From contig OZ243913.1 in the NCBI GenBank assembly GCA_965213705.1, positions 1,440,001-1,504,000 on the forward strand: a stretch of 64,000 bases of DNA, given 5' to 3'. The notes below the pieces were generated by a model. That model was given only the letters and a program-made list of their open reading frames with translations, was not told the origin of the DNA and ran no database searches. Positions 18,373 to 26,688 of this stretch are shown in pieces. The stretch's first letter is position 1. Each line of letters opens with the position of its first letter. The translations under genes were made by a program, and so were the position numbers. The stretch comes from Trueperaceae bacterium. GTDB taxonomy: Bacteria > Deinococcota > Deinococci > Deinococcales > Trueperaceae.

Positions 18373-19566
18373 ATGACCATGACGCTCGACCGCCCCCAGC
18401 AAGACCTCTGGTTCGACCTGAACGCAGACCAAAAAGCCATCCTCGGCCCGCTCCGCGAGTTTTTAACTTCGGAGGTCGCCCCCGGCGCAGTTGCCCGTGA
18501 CAAAACGGGTGAATTCCCGCTCGACATTGTCAAACAGCTCGGTGACATGGGCGTGCTCGGGATGCAGGTGCCGGAGAAATATGGTGGAGCAGCCCTAGAC
18601 ACCGCGACGATGGCCCTCATCATCGAAGAAATCGCTGCGGTGGACGGCTCGCTCTGCTTAACGGTCGCCTCGCACAACTCGCTCTGCACCGGGCACATTC
18701 AAATCGCCGGCAACGAGGCGCAGTATGAACAGTGGTTGCCCGACTTAGCGAGCGGCAAAAAACTCGGCGCTTGGGGCTTGACCGAACCCGGCTCGGGCTC
18801 GGACGCGGCGGGCTTGTCGACCAAGGCCGAGGACAAGGGCGACCACTTCGTCATCAACGGCGCGAAGTCGTTTATCACCCAGGGGACGGTCGGCGGCACC
18901 TACGTCGTCGTCGCCCGCACCGACGCGCCGCGGGAGGGCAAGTCCAAGGCTGACGGCATCAGCGCGTTCGTCTTTGACGGCGAAGCGCAAGGTTTGGTGC
19001 GCGGCAAGCCGGAGGAAAAGCTCGGGCTGCACAGCTCGGACACCACGCCGCTGACCTTTGAAAACCTGGAAGTTCCCGCTGCGAACCTGCTCGGCGAGCG
19101 CGGCGACGGCTTCAAAGACGTGATGGACGTGTTGAACGGCGGGCGCATAGGCATCGGCGCGATGGGCATCGGACTCGGCCGCGGAGCCTTGGAGATTGCC
19201 GCGAAGTACGCCCTCGAGCGCGAACAGTTCAACAAACCTATCGCCACCAACCAGGGTATCAGCTTCAAAATCGCCGAGATGGCGCTCGAGCTGGAAGCCG
19301 CCCGGATGCTCGTCCTCAAAGCCGCCGCCCTGAAAGACGCCGGCCGCGACTTCGCGCTGGCCGCCTCGATGGCGAAGCTGAAAGGCTCGGTCGCCGGGGT
19401 GCAGGCTTGCGACTACGCGATTCAGATTTTGGGCGGCTACGGCTACATCAAAGACTATCAAGTCGAGCGCATGTGGCGCGACGCGCGGCTGACCCGCATC
19501 GGCGAGGGCACGGACGAGGTGCAGCACATGATTATCTCGAGGGCGTACCTGAGCCAGTTCCGCTGA
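18373..19566 (+). CDS. Acyl-CoA dehydrogenase
   Basis: GLTEPGSGSD, NGAKSFIT, KLGLHSSDT, REQFNKPI, QILGGYGY, RIGEGTDEVQ. Confidence 0.93.
   Translation: MTMTLDRPQQDLWFDLNADQKAILGPLREFLTSEVAPGAVARDKTGEFPLDIVKQLGDMGVLGMQVPEKYGGAALDTATMALIIEEIAAVDGSLCLTVASHNSLCTGHIQIAGNEAQYEQWLPDLASGKKLGAWGLTEPGSGSDAAGLSTKAEDKGDHFVINGAKSFITQGTVGGTYVVVARTDAPREGKSKADGISAFVFDGEAQGLVRGKPEEKLGLHSSDTTPLTFENLEVPAANLLGERGDGFKDVMDVLNGGRIGIGAMGIGLGRGALEIAAKYALEREQFNKPIATNQGISFKIAEMALELEAARMLVLKAAALKDAGRDFALAASMAKLKGSVAGVQACDYAIQILGGYGYIKDYQVERMWRDARLTRIGEGTDEVQHMIISRAYLSQFR
19532..19566 (+). repeat. Direct repeat copy 1 (3' end of acyl-CoA dehydrogenase)
   Basis: TTATCTCGAGGGCGTACCTGAGCCAG identical at 20188-20213. Confidence 0.92.
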
Positions 19567-19637
19567 GCGCTCGCGTGCGCCGGATTGAAATGCCCGACAG
19601 AAATCGCTCGGCATCATCACCTTCGGAGGTGACGATT

Positions 19638-19862
19638 GTGAAACGAGAACAAGTCTTGCAGCGTGACCCGGACGTGCTCGGTGGTACGGCTGTCTTTGCA
19701 GGCACACGCGTTCCTGTCCAAACGCTCATGGACTATCTCAAAGCCGGTGAGACGTTGGAAGATTTCCTCGACGGTTTTCCCAGTGTCAGCCGTATGCAAG
19801 CGGAAGCCTTTTTGCAACTCGCTCTGGAATCGGCCATAGGTGAGAATGCGCGTGCTGCTTGA
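19638..19862 (+). CDS. DUF433 antitoxin
   Basis: DPDVLGGTAVFAGTRVPV...FLDGFPSVS; GGAGG RBS. Confidence 0.85.
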   Translation: MKREQVLQRDPDVLGGTAVFAGTRVPVQTLMDYLKAGETLEDFLDGFPSVSRMQAEAFLQLALESAIGENARAA

Positions 19863-20169
19863 TGAGAATATAGACCGGCGGCTGCGCAGGCTGTTCGACC
19901 TCGAGCACGAAGTCGTAAGTGTCGCAGAACACGGCTGGAGTGGCACGAAGAATGGCGACCTGCTTCGCCTTGCAGAGCAAGAATTTGATGCGTTGGTGAC
20001 GATGGACAAAAACATCCAATACCAGCAGCAGTTGGCGAATTTCGATTTGGTAGTCGTGCTGATTACGGCCTGGAGCAACAGGAGACAGGCTGTAGCGCCT
20101 GTCATGCCGGAGGTAAACCGAGCGTTGCGAAAGGGAAAGAAAGGGGAGTTGCAGGTAGTGGCGGCATGA
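19846..20169 (+). CDS. DUF5615 PIN-like toxin
   Basis: MRVLLDEN, GW.G.KNGDLL, LVTMDKN; overlaps DUF433 gene. Confidence 0.85.
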   Translation: MRVLLDENIDRRLRRLFDLEHEVVSVAEHGWSGTKNGDLLRLAEQEFDALVTMDKNIQYQQQLANFDLVVVLITAWSNRRQAVAPVMPEVNRALRKGKKGELQVVAA

Positions 20170-20187
20170 CACGGCAGTTGCGCGATG

Positions 20188-20222
20188 TTATCTCGAGGGC
20201 GTACCTGAGCCAGGTTTGCTGA
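20188..20222 (+). repeat. Direct repeat copy 2 (displaced 3' end of acyl-CoA dehydrogenase)
   Basis: 26 bp exact, 32/35 through the TGA. Confidence 0.92.
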
Positions 20223-20224
20223 AC

Positions 20225-20674
20225 ATGAACATCTCGAAAACTCTGAAACTATTCTTGGCGCAGTGCGGTAGTTGCACCCACTCCTTCGGGTTGCCCCTAC
20301 TGAGCGATTCAGCTTACGGCGAATTCGTCCTTAAAGCTACGGAAGGTCGCTTTGCCTATCTGTCTTTGTTTGATGAGCCCATGTGGCGGAATATCGAGAA
20401 CAGTTTGACTTTAATTCCAAGCTACAGCCAGTTATCAAAAGGTAAACAAGCTCGGGTCTTTCAGGAAGTGCTTGCAAAATGTGCTGACCAAATGAATTCG
20501 TTCGGTTCGTCTCCAATCTGCCCTGTCTGCTCTTCACGAGCTATAACTTAAGGCGACTCAACGCCCCTAGGTGACGAAGAGATTCCCGTTGCCACGCTTG
20601 CCGAATTTCTGTCCTTGTCACCTGAAAGGCAAGTCAACTACCTCGAGCAGTTTGTAGAAAAGAGCCAAATTTAA
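20225..20674 (+). pseudogene. Double-CxxC (zinc-ribbon-like) hypothetical gene with an in-frame TAA at 20549-20551
   Basis: CGSC and CPVC motifs; the same frame continues 40 codons past the stop (GDSTPLGDEEIPVATLAEFLSLS...). Confidence 0.55.
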
Positions 20675-20712
20675 GTGAGTCGTTGGATATGAAACCGAGA
20701 TAGCCCCAGAGC

Positions 20713-20746
20713 TTGCACATCTGTTTTCTGTACATTAAACTGTACT
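20713..20746 (+). promoter_or_regulatory. yefM-yoeB promoter and operator
   Basis: TTGCAC-17-TAAACT; TGTACA (20729) and TGTACT (20741) 12 bp apart. Confidence 0.7.
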
Positions 20747-20747
20747 T

Positions 20748-21005
20748 ATGAGAACCCTGAACTACACAACAGCACGCCAGAACCTAGCCAGCGCGATAGA
20801 CGATGTCATAGACGACCACACGCCTCTTATCATTACTAAAGGGAGCGACAAGGCCGTGGTCATGATGAGCCTGGACGACTGGAATGCTTGGCAAGAAACC
20901 ATGTACTTGCTGCGCAGCCCCGCCAACGCCGAGCGCCTGCTCGACGCCGTCCGCGATTTCGACGAAGGCAAAAACCTTGTTGTCAAAGAGTCGCTGGCTG
21001 AGTGA
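20748..21005 (+). CDS. yefM: YefM/Phd antitoxin
   Basis: YTTARQNLA..ID.V..DH, ETMYLLRSPANAERL. Confidence 0.93.
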   Translation: MRTLNYTTARQNLASAIDDVIDDHTPLIITKGSDKAVVMMSLDDWNAWQETMYLLRSPANAERLLDAVRDFDEGKNLVVKESLAE

Positions 21006-21262
21006 AGTATGTCTTTCACCAAACCGCTTGGGAAGACTATCTCTTCTGGCTAGGGCAAGACAAGAAAATTCTGAAACGTATCAACCTGTTGATTAAAGAC
21101 ATTGAGCGCAGTCCTTACGCGGGAATAGGCAAGCCCGAAGGCCTCAAACATAACTTGTCGGGTTGGTTGTCGCGGCGGATTACTGACGAGCACCGCATCG
21201 TTTACCGTGTCGAGGGTGATGAACTCCATATCGCCACGTTGCGTTACCACTACTCGAGGTAA
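21002..21262 (+). CDS. yoeB: YoeB/Txe toxin
   Basis: AWEDYLFW, GIGKPEGLKHNLSG..SRRITDEHRIVY, RYHY. Confidence 0.93.
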   Translation: MKYVFHQTAWEDYLFWLGQDKKILKRINLLIKDIERSPYAGIGKPEGLKHNLSGWLSRRITDEHRIVYRVEGDELHIATLRYHYSR

Positions 21263-21304
21263 TTCCGACGTGCATCCTTGGGCGCTGCAGAGAAAAGGTT
21301 TTTA

Positions 21305-22123
21305 GTGCAATCCCCTCACCCCACCATCGCCCTGCTTACCGATTTCGGCCTTGCGGACACCTACGTCGGCGCGATGAAAGGCGTCATCGCGGGCATCGCG
21401 CCGAGTGCAAACGTCATCGCCCTGAATCATCACATCCCGCCTCAAGATGTCGCCGCGGGTGCCTACGCGCTGCTGACGAGCTACGCCGACTTTCCAAATC
21501 ACACGGTGTTTTGCTGCGTCGTCGACCCGGAAGTCGGCAGTGGCCGGGACGCGCTCGCCGCTCAGGTCACCGCGCAGGGCGACACCTATTGGTTCGTCTT
21601 TCCAGACAACGGCCTACTCACGCCGCTGTTACAGGAGGTGACGCTCGAGGCCGTCGTCAGCCTCGACAACCCGAAGTACCACCACAAAAAAGCGAGCCGC
21701 ACCTTTCACGGACGCGATATTTTCGCGCCGGTGAGCGCTCACTTGGCGAACGGAGTCGAACTTGCGGCCCTCGGCACTCACCGCGACCCGGACCGAGTGC
21801 GCCGCCTCGAATGGCCGGAAGTCGTGCCGACTGAACACGGTTTCGAGGCTCGCGTCATCCACATTGACCACTTCGGGAACCTGGTAACGAACTTGAAGGG
21901 GCGTCGGCTCGAGCCTGACACTGGCGTCTGGAAGGTCGTCTGTGACAACGTCGTGATAGACGGTATTTCCAGCACTTTCACGGATGTAGAGCTAAACCGA
22001 CCTCTAGCCTACGTCGGCAGCGCGGGGTTTCTCGAGTTGGCGATTCGCCAAGGCAACGCGGCTGCGGCTTGGGGTGTGTCTCGAGGTGAGCGGGTGCGCG
22101 TGGAGCGCTCAAACGACGGTTAG
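21305..22123 (+). CDS. SAM hydroxide adenosyltransferase (DUF62 family)
   Basis: LLTDFG, MKGVI, VVDP.VGSGR, PDNGLL, TFHGRDIFAP, IDHFGN. Confidence 0.88.
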   Translation: MQSPHPTIALLTDFGLADTYVGAMKGVIAGIAPSANVIALNHHIPPQDVAAGAYALLTSYADFPNHTVFCCVVDPEVGSGRDALAAQVTAQGDTYWFVFPDNGLLTPLLQEVTLEAVVSLDNPKYHHKKASRTFHGRDIFAPVSAHLANGVELAALGTHRDPDRVRRLEWPEVVPTEHGFEARVIHIDHFGNLVTNLKGRRLEPDTGVWKVVCDNVVIDGISSTFTDVELNRPLAYVGSAGFLELAIRQGNAAAAWGVSRGERVRVERSNDG

Positions 22124-23140
22124 GTGTTTCATCTGCGGTCGTTCGTCCAGCACCTCGTCCGGCACTTTGTTCAGGGCGTCGAGGACGGTTTCTGCACCCG
22201 CGCCCGGCAAGTGCGCGTTCTCGCTTAAAAAGCGCCGCCACGCTTTCGCGCCGGGCTTTCCAGCGAACAAGCTCAACATGTGGCGCGTGATGTGTTTCAG
22301 GTAGAGCCCTTCGCGCGTTTTCTCTTCGATGTACGGCAGCATCTTTTCGACGACCTCGCGGCGTGTGGGCGGGAGCGTGCTCGAGCCGTAAAAGGTTTGG
22401 TCGGCCGTCGCGAACAGGTAAGGGTTTTCGTAGGCCGCGCGGCCCAGCATCACGCCGTCGACGTGTTGCAAGTGTGTTCGGGCGTCCTCGAGCGCCTTTA
22501 CGCCGCCGTTGAGTTCAATGGTCAAGTGCGGGAACTCTCGTTTCAACCGGTACACGTCTTCATAGCGTAGCGGCGGCACCGTGCGGTTTTCCTTGGGGCT
22601 GAGGCCCTGCAACCACGCCTTGCGCGCGTGAACGCTGAAGCGGTCGGCCCCTGCTTTGGAGACGGTTCGCACAAAGTTTGCCATGTCTTCATAACGGTCG
22701 AGCGCGTCCACCCCGATGCGGTGCTTGACGGTCACGGGGATGCTCACGGCGTTTTTCATCGCCTCGACTGCCCGCGCCACCGTTTCCGGCTGCGCCATGA
22801 GGCAAGCGCCGAAGTTGCCGCTCTGCACCCGATTCGACGGGCAGCCCACGTTCAGGTTGACCTCGCTGTAGCCCCAAGTTTCGGCCATGCGAGCGCACTC
22901 GGCCAACGCCTGCGGGTCGTCGCCGCCGAGCTGGAGGGCGAGCGGCAACTCTTCACGCGAAAATTCTAGGTGCCGCGCCCGGTCGCCGTGCAGCAGCGCG
23001 CCGGTCGTGACCATTTCGGTGTAGAGGAGAGTCTGCTTCGTAAGCCCGCGCATGAAAAAGCGGTAGTGGCGGTCGGTCCAGTCCATCATGGGGGCGACGC
23101 TGAGGGGCAGGTGTCTGGTGTTCTGTGTTTGTTTGCTCAT
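22109..23140 (-). CDS. dusA: tRNA-dihydrouridine synthase A
   Basis: SVAPMMDWTDRH, NLNVGCPS.RVQSG.FGACLM, HARKAWLQGLSPKENR. Confidence 0.93.
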   Translation of the reverse strand: MSKQTQNTRHLPLSVAPMMDWTDRHYRFFMRGLTKQTLLYTEMVTTGALLHGDRARHLEFSREELPLALQLGGDDPQALAECARMAETWGYSEVNLNVGCPSNRVQSGNFGACLMAQPETVARAVEAMKNAVSIPVTVKHRIGVDALDRYEDMANFVRTVSKAGADRFSVHARKAWLQGLSPKENRTVPPLRYEDVYRLKREFPHLTIELNGGVKALEDARTHLQHVDGVMLGRAAYENPYLFATADQTFYGSSTLPPTRREVVEKMLPYIEEKTREGLYLKHITRHMLSLFAGKPGAKAWRRFLSENAHLPGAGAETVLDALNKVPDEVLDERPQMKHLTVV

Positions 23141-23201
23141 AGCAAATTCTCTACTCAAAAGTTGTGTACTTCGACGAGTATGTTTCTCTTCGTGCGTTTC
23201 T

Positions 23202-23390
23202 CTAAAACTTCGGCTCGAGTCCAGCTTGTTTACACATCGCGTTCGCCGTGATTCTGTCTATCGTGCGGTGACGCTTAACAGGTATCGTCTTCTCACCCTT
23301 GACATAAATAGAGTGGTCGGCACCTTCACGAAGCAAACGAAAACCGCTGTCCTCAAAATACCTCACAAGGTCACGCCGCTTGACCGACAA
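23202..23390 (-). CDS. hicA: HicA family toxin
   Basis: KRRDLVR.FE..GF..LREGA.HSIY, PVKRH. Confidence 0.85.
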   Translation of the reverse strand: MSVKRRDLVRYFEDSGFRLLREGADHSIYVKGEKTIPVKRHRTIDRITANAMCKQAGLEPKF

Positions 23391-23610
23391 GACTTGTCTC
23401 TATGGGCAGTTGTTCGATAAAGCCACCGGCCACCGGAATCTGTTTGTTTTGCTGTCGGTACGCCAAAACCATTTCTTGAAGCGCGTCTTTAAGCATAGCC
23501 CGGCAGTCCTCAATATCTTTACCCTCGCTGATAACTTCGGGCCATTCGACAATCTGGCCCATGTAGCCGGAGTCTATTTTCGTGTACTTTGCTGTGTAAC
23601 TGGTCAGCAT
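23371..23610 (-). CDS. hicB: HicB family antitoxin (hicB-hicA order)
   Basis: YMGQIVEWPEVISEG..IEDCR..L.DAL. Confidence 0.85.
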   Translation of the reverse strand: MLTSYTAKYTKIDSGYMGQIVEWPEVISEGKDIEDCRAMLKDALQEMVLAYRQQNKQIPVAGGFIEQLPIETSLVGQAA

Positions 23611-23672
23611 AGGCTTAGTCTAGCACCGCCGGGACGGATATTTCATCATTTGAATAAGGTGTAATATCATCG

Positions 23673-23927
23673 TCAAGCAGCTACATCGTCCGTCAGCGCT
23701 CGAGCCTCTAAATAAAGGGTGTCCGGCCCGAAATCCTGTTCGTGCGGCCACTGAACGCCGCCGAAAAAAGGTCTGACCTGTTTGAAGTAGGCCAGACTTT
23801 GCAACTCTTCAAAAACACCTTTGTCCAGATAAGGACGCACGTCGAACACCTTCTCTTCTCCGTTGTCAAAGGATAAAAACAAGTTGAAATTATCTCGCGC
23901 GGCAACTTCAATTACTTTTGGGCTCAT
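23673..23927 (-). CDS. DUF2442 domain protein
   Basis: L.FDNGE.K.FDV.PYL.KGVF..L, QWP.EQDF.PDTLY. Confidence 0.85.
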   Translation of the reverse strand: MSPKVIEVAARDNFNLFLSFDNGEEKVFDVRPYLDKGVFEELQSLAYFKQVRPFFGGVQWPHEQDFGPDTLYLEARALTDDVAA

Positions 23928-23936
23928 GACGTCTCC

Positions 23937-24206
23937 TTACTTTAAAGGGTCGATTTTGAAAACTTGTTCGCCGTTTACGGCCAATTTCCAGTTCGCCATG
24001 AGTTCGTCACGGTGAATTTCAATCCAGGCTTGAAGAAGCTTCATTTTGGACCTCGGCAAGCCCCCTGCCAAAACTTCTCCGTCAGGAATCGAGAGGATAA
24101 CTTCATCATCTTGATACTGCGCGTGAACGTGGGGTCTGTGGTGCTTTTTGTCGTCAAAGTAATACATCAGCACAATCACGCCGTAAAACATTGAGATGAC
24201 CGGCAC
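23937..24206 (-). CDS. DUF4160 domain protein
   Basis: PVISMFYG..V.MYY, H..PHVHA.Y, AWIEIH..EL.ANW; GTG immediately after the ispH stop. Confidence 0.85.
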   Translation of the reverse strand: MPVISMFYGVIVLMYYFDDKKHHRPHVHAQYQDDEVILSIPDGEVLAGGLPRSKMKLLQAWIEIHRDELMANWKLAVNGEQVFKIDPLK

Positions 24207-24207
24207 C

Positions 24208-25233
24208 TCAGCCGCTCGTAACCGGCGCAGGCACCCGCTTCGCCGGGCGGAAGACGATGTTCTCCCACTCGCCCTCTTCGATAGTTTGCAAATTCGGATT
24301 GCGCGCTTCAAAAAAGGCGCAAATCTCCTGCACGAGGTCGTCCGGCGTGCTCGCCGCCGAGGTCACGCCGACGCTTTTCACGTCCTCCAACCAAGCTTCT
24401 TGAACGTCCTCGACCGTTTCGACTCGGCGGCTGTTGCCCATCAGGTCTTGGGCCAGCTCGACCAGGCGCATCCCGTTCGAGGAGTAGTCCGAAGAGACCA
24501 CCAAAAACAAGTCCACCAGCGGCGCGATTTCTTTGACCGCGTCCTGCCGGTTTTTCGTCGCGTAGCAGAGGTCGTCGGAGGGCGGCGTGTGGAGCTTGGG
24601 AAAACGCTCTCGCAGAATATCAATCGTCTTTTGTACGTCGTCCACACTCAAGGTCGTCTGGGTGAGCACCACGACCTTGTCCGGGTCGGGGACGGTGACG
24701 GTGTAGGGGTCGGCCAAATCGGGGTCGTGCCTGCGGTTGCCGACGACGCTCACGACGGTGGTCGCGTGGGGCGCTTCGCCGCGCGTGCCGATGACTTCCT
24801 GGTGGCGGCTCGAGTCGCCAATCAATAAGACGTGATAGCCCTCGCGCACGTATTTTTTGGCTTCGGTGTGAACTTTTGTGACGAGCGGGCAAGTCGCGTC
24901 GATGGTGGCGAGGCCGAGCTGCGCCGCCCGGTTGCGCACCGCCGGGCTGACGCCGTGGGCGGAGAAGACGACGGTGTCGGAAAGTTTGCCGTTCTGGGCG
25001 TTTACCGCTTCCTCCACACCTTTCAATTCGTCCAAATCCTCGACGAAGTGAACGCCGTGCGACGCTTCCAGACGCTCAATCACAGTGTCGTTGTGGACGA
25101 TAGCGTGGTAGACGCTCAGGTCGCCCTCATTACTTTCCGCCATCTCCTGCGCGGTTTTCTCGACCGCCTCAATCGCCATCACCACACCCGCGCAGTAGCC
25201 GCGCGGTTTGGCGAGGTAAAGCTTTTCAATCAT
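24208..25233 (-). CDS. ispH: 4-hydroxy-3-methylbut-2-enyl diphosphate reductase
   Basis: [45 protein letters not shown]. Confidence 0.95.
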   Translation of the reverse strand: MIEKLYLAKPRGYCAGVVMAIEAVEKTAQEMAESNEGDLSVYHAIVHNDTVIERLEASHGVHFVEDLDELKGVEEAVNAQNGKLSDTVVFSAHGVSPAVRNRAAQLGLATIDATCPLVTKVHTEAKKYVREGYHVLLIGDSSRHQEVIGTRGEAPHATTVVSVVGNRRHDPDLADPYTVTVPDPDKVVVLTQTTLSVDDVQKTIDILRERFPKLHTPPSDDLCYATKNRQDAVKEIAPLVDLFLVVSSDYSSNGMRLVELAQDLMGNSRRVETVEDVQEAWLEDVKSVGVTSAASTPDDLVQEICAFFEARNPNLQTIEEGEWENIVFRPAKRVPAPVTSG

Positions 25234-25342
25234 GAGGCAAGTATAGCCGGAAGGGGGCTCGAGCTTCGTCGGTCAGCCTGTAGTTTATAGCCGGTAGCTT
25301 GTAAAAAATCCCGTAGGCCATAAACGATAAAGTCCTTACTGC

Positions 25343-25409
25343 TTTGAAAGTAACTTGACTCCGCAACCCACCTGACCTACTCGGTACTTTCCACTCGGTC
25401 CTCGGTACT
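25343..25409. repeat. Heptamer-period palindromic repeat, partial copy 2
   Basis: TTGAAAGTA ... ACTCGGTACTTT CC ACTCGGT CCTCGGT ACT. Confidence 0.7.
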
Positions 25410-25449
25410 TGTCCCCCCGACCTCGAGCCCGTGCCGACGCACCCGCGGC

Positions 25450-26574
25450 CTACAACACCGGCTGCGCCTCGTCCTCGGCTTTTTTCTCTTTGACCTCTTC
25501 GACCCAGTAGGGCGAAATCCAACCCCGCTCGGCGGCGTGGCGCGCGGCCGTTACGGTGTCGGGAACGAGGACGAGTTCGCTGCGGTCGCGCCGCAACTCC
25601 TCAGCGAGTTTTTGAACCTCTTCGTCGCGCGCGGCTTCTTCGCTGACGTCGCGGATGTAGATGCAGAGCACGCGGTCGGGGTGGTCGTGGACGACCTCGT
25701 GGTAAATTTCCGGGTCTTCCTGGCCGCTGTCGCCGATGAGGATGAAGGGCAGGTGCGGGTAGGTCGCGAAGATGTGCTCAATCGCGCCCAGCTTGTGCTC
25801 GCCGTGCGAACTCGCGAACAGCTCGGTCTCGCTGATGCCCCAGTCGCGCAGCATCAGGGGGCCTAAAGGAATCTCGTTGACGTCTAAAAAGTCGACCAAC
25901 AAGTCGTAGAGGTTCCAGGGGCTGCTCGAGACGTAGAACAGCGGGTTCGTGTCGCGGTGCAGCGCCGCGTAAAAGGCCGAGACGCCCTCGAAGGGGAGCC
26001 GGGTGCGGGCGTTGCCGAACAAGGTTTTTTTCGCCATCGACAGCAAACTCGTCGCGCCGGTTTGCAAGACGGTGTCGTCCATGTCGCTGATAATGCCGAA
26101 TTCGGCCCGTTCGGGCGGCACGATGACGGTGCCGGTGAAGCGGGTGCCGGTCTGTTTGGCGGGCAGGGGCGACAACAGTTCGAACTCTAACTCTTGGAGG
26201 TAGTCGGGGTTTTCCAGAGGTGTCTCGAGCTGCAAACGCACGTCGAAATAGCCCTCCTCGTCGGTGAGAAGGTCTTGACTCTGGCCCCGAAAACTTACCC
26301 GGACGCGGGCGTTGGGCGTTTCGTCGCTGTCGAAGCGCTTGTAGGCATCGACTAAGTTTTTCCACAGCGAGGTGTCGTCCTCGGGGTCGCTGATGCCCTT
26401 GTCCTCGAGCACGCGGCCTTTTAGATGCAGTTCGTCAGGCGTGCCGTAGCCGAGGTACGGGAAAATCATCAGCCCGTCGCGCAGGTAGGGGCGCTTGACG
26501 CGGTGCTTGGCGCGGCCCAGACCTCTTTCGGCCTCAAAGGCAAGCTTGTGAAACCTGTCTTTCCATTTGCCCAT
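25450..26574 (-). CDS. App1-family phosphatidate phosphatase (DUF2183)
   Basis: IISDMDDT, YVSSSPWNLY, GP..LRDWG, LIGDSGQEDPEIY, IYIR. Confidence 0.88.
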   Translation of the reverse strand: MGKWKDRFHKLAFEAERGLGRAKHRVKRPYLRDGLMIFPYLGYGTPDELHLKGRVLEDKGISDPEDDTSLWKNLVDAYKRFDSDETPNARVRVSFRGQSQDLLTDEEGYFDVRLQLETPLENPDYLQELEFELLSPLPAKQTGTRFTGTVIVPPERAEFGIISDMDDTVLQTGATSLLSMAKKTLFGNARTRLPFEGVSAFYAALHRDTNPLFYVSSSPWNLYDLLVDFLDVNEIPLGPLMLRDWGISETELFASSHGEHKLGAIEHIFATYPHLPFILIGDSGQEDPEIYHEVVHDHPDRVLCIYIRDVSEEAARDEEVQKLAEELRRDRSELVLVPDTVTAARHAAERGWISPYWVEEVKEKKAEDEAQPVL

Positions 26575-26688
26575 AGCCCGATTATAACAGTCTGGCGGGT
26601 CGGCCTTGCCGGTGGGCAACGTGCTTGACCGCCAACCCAAGTCGGGCACCGGCTCGACGTCTCACTTTCGGCTTGCTAGAATGGGGCC

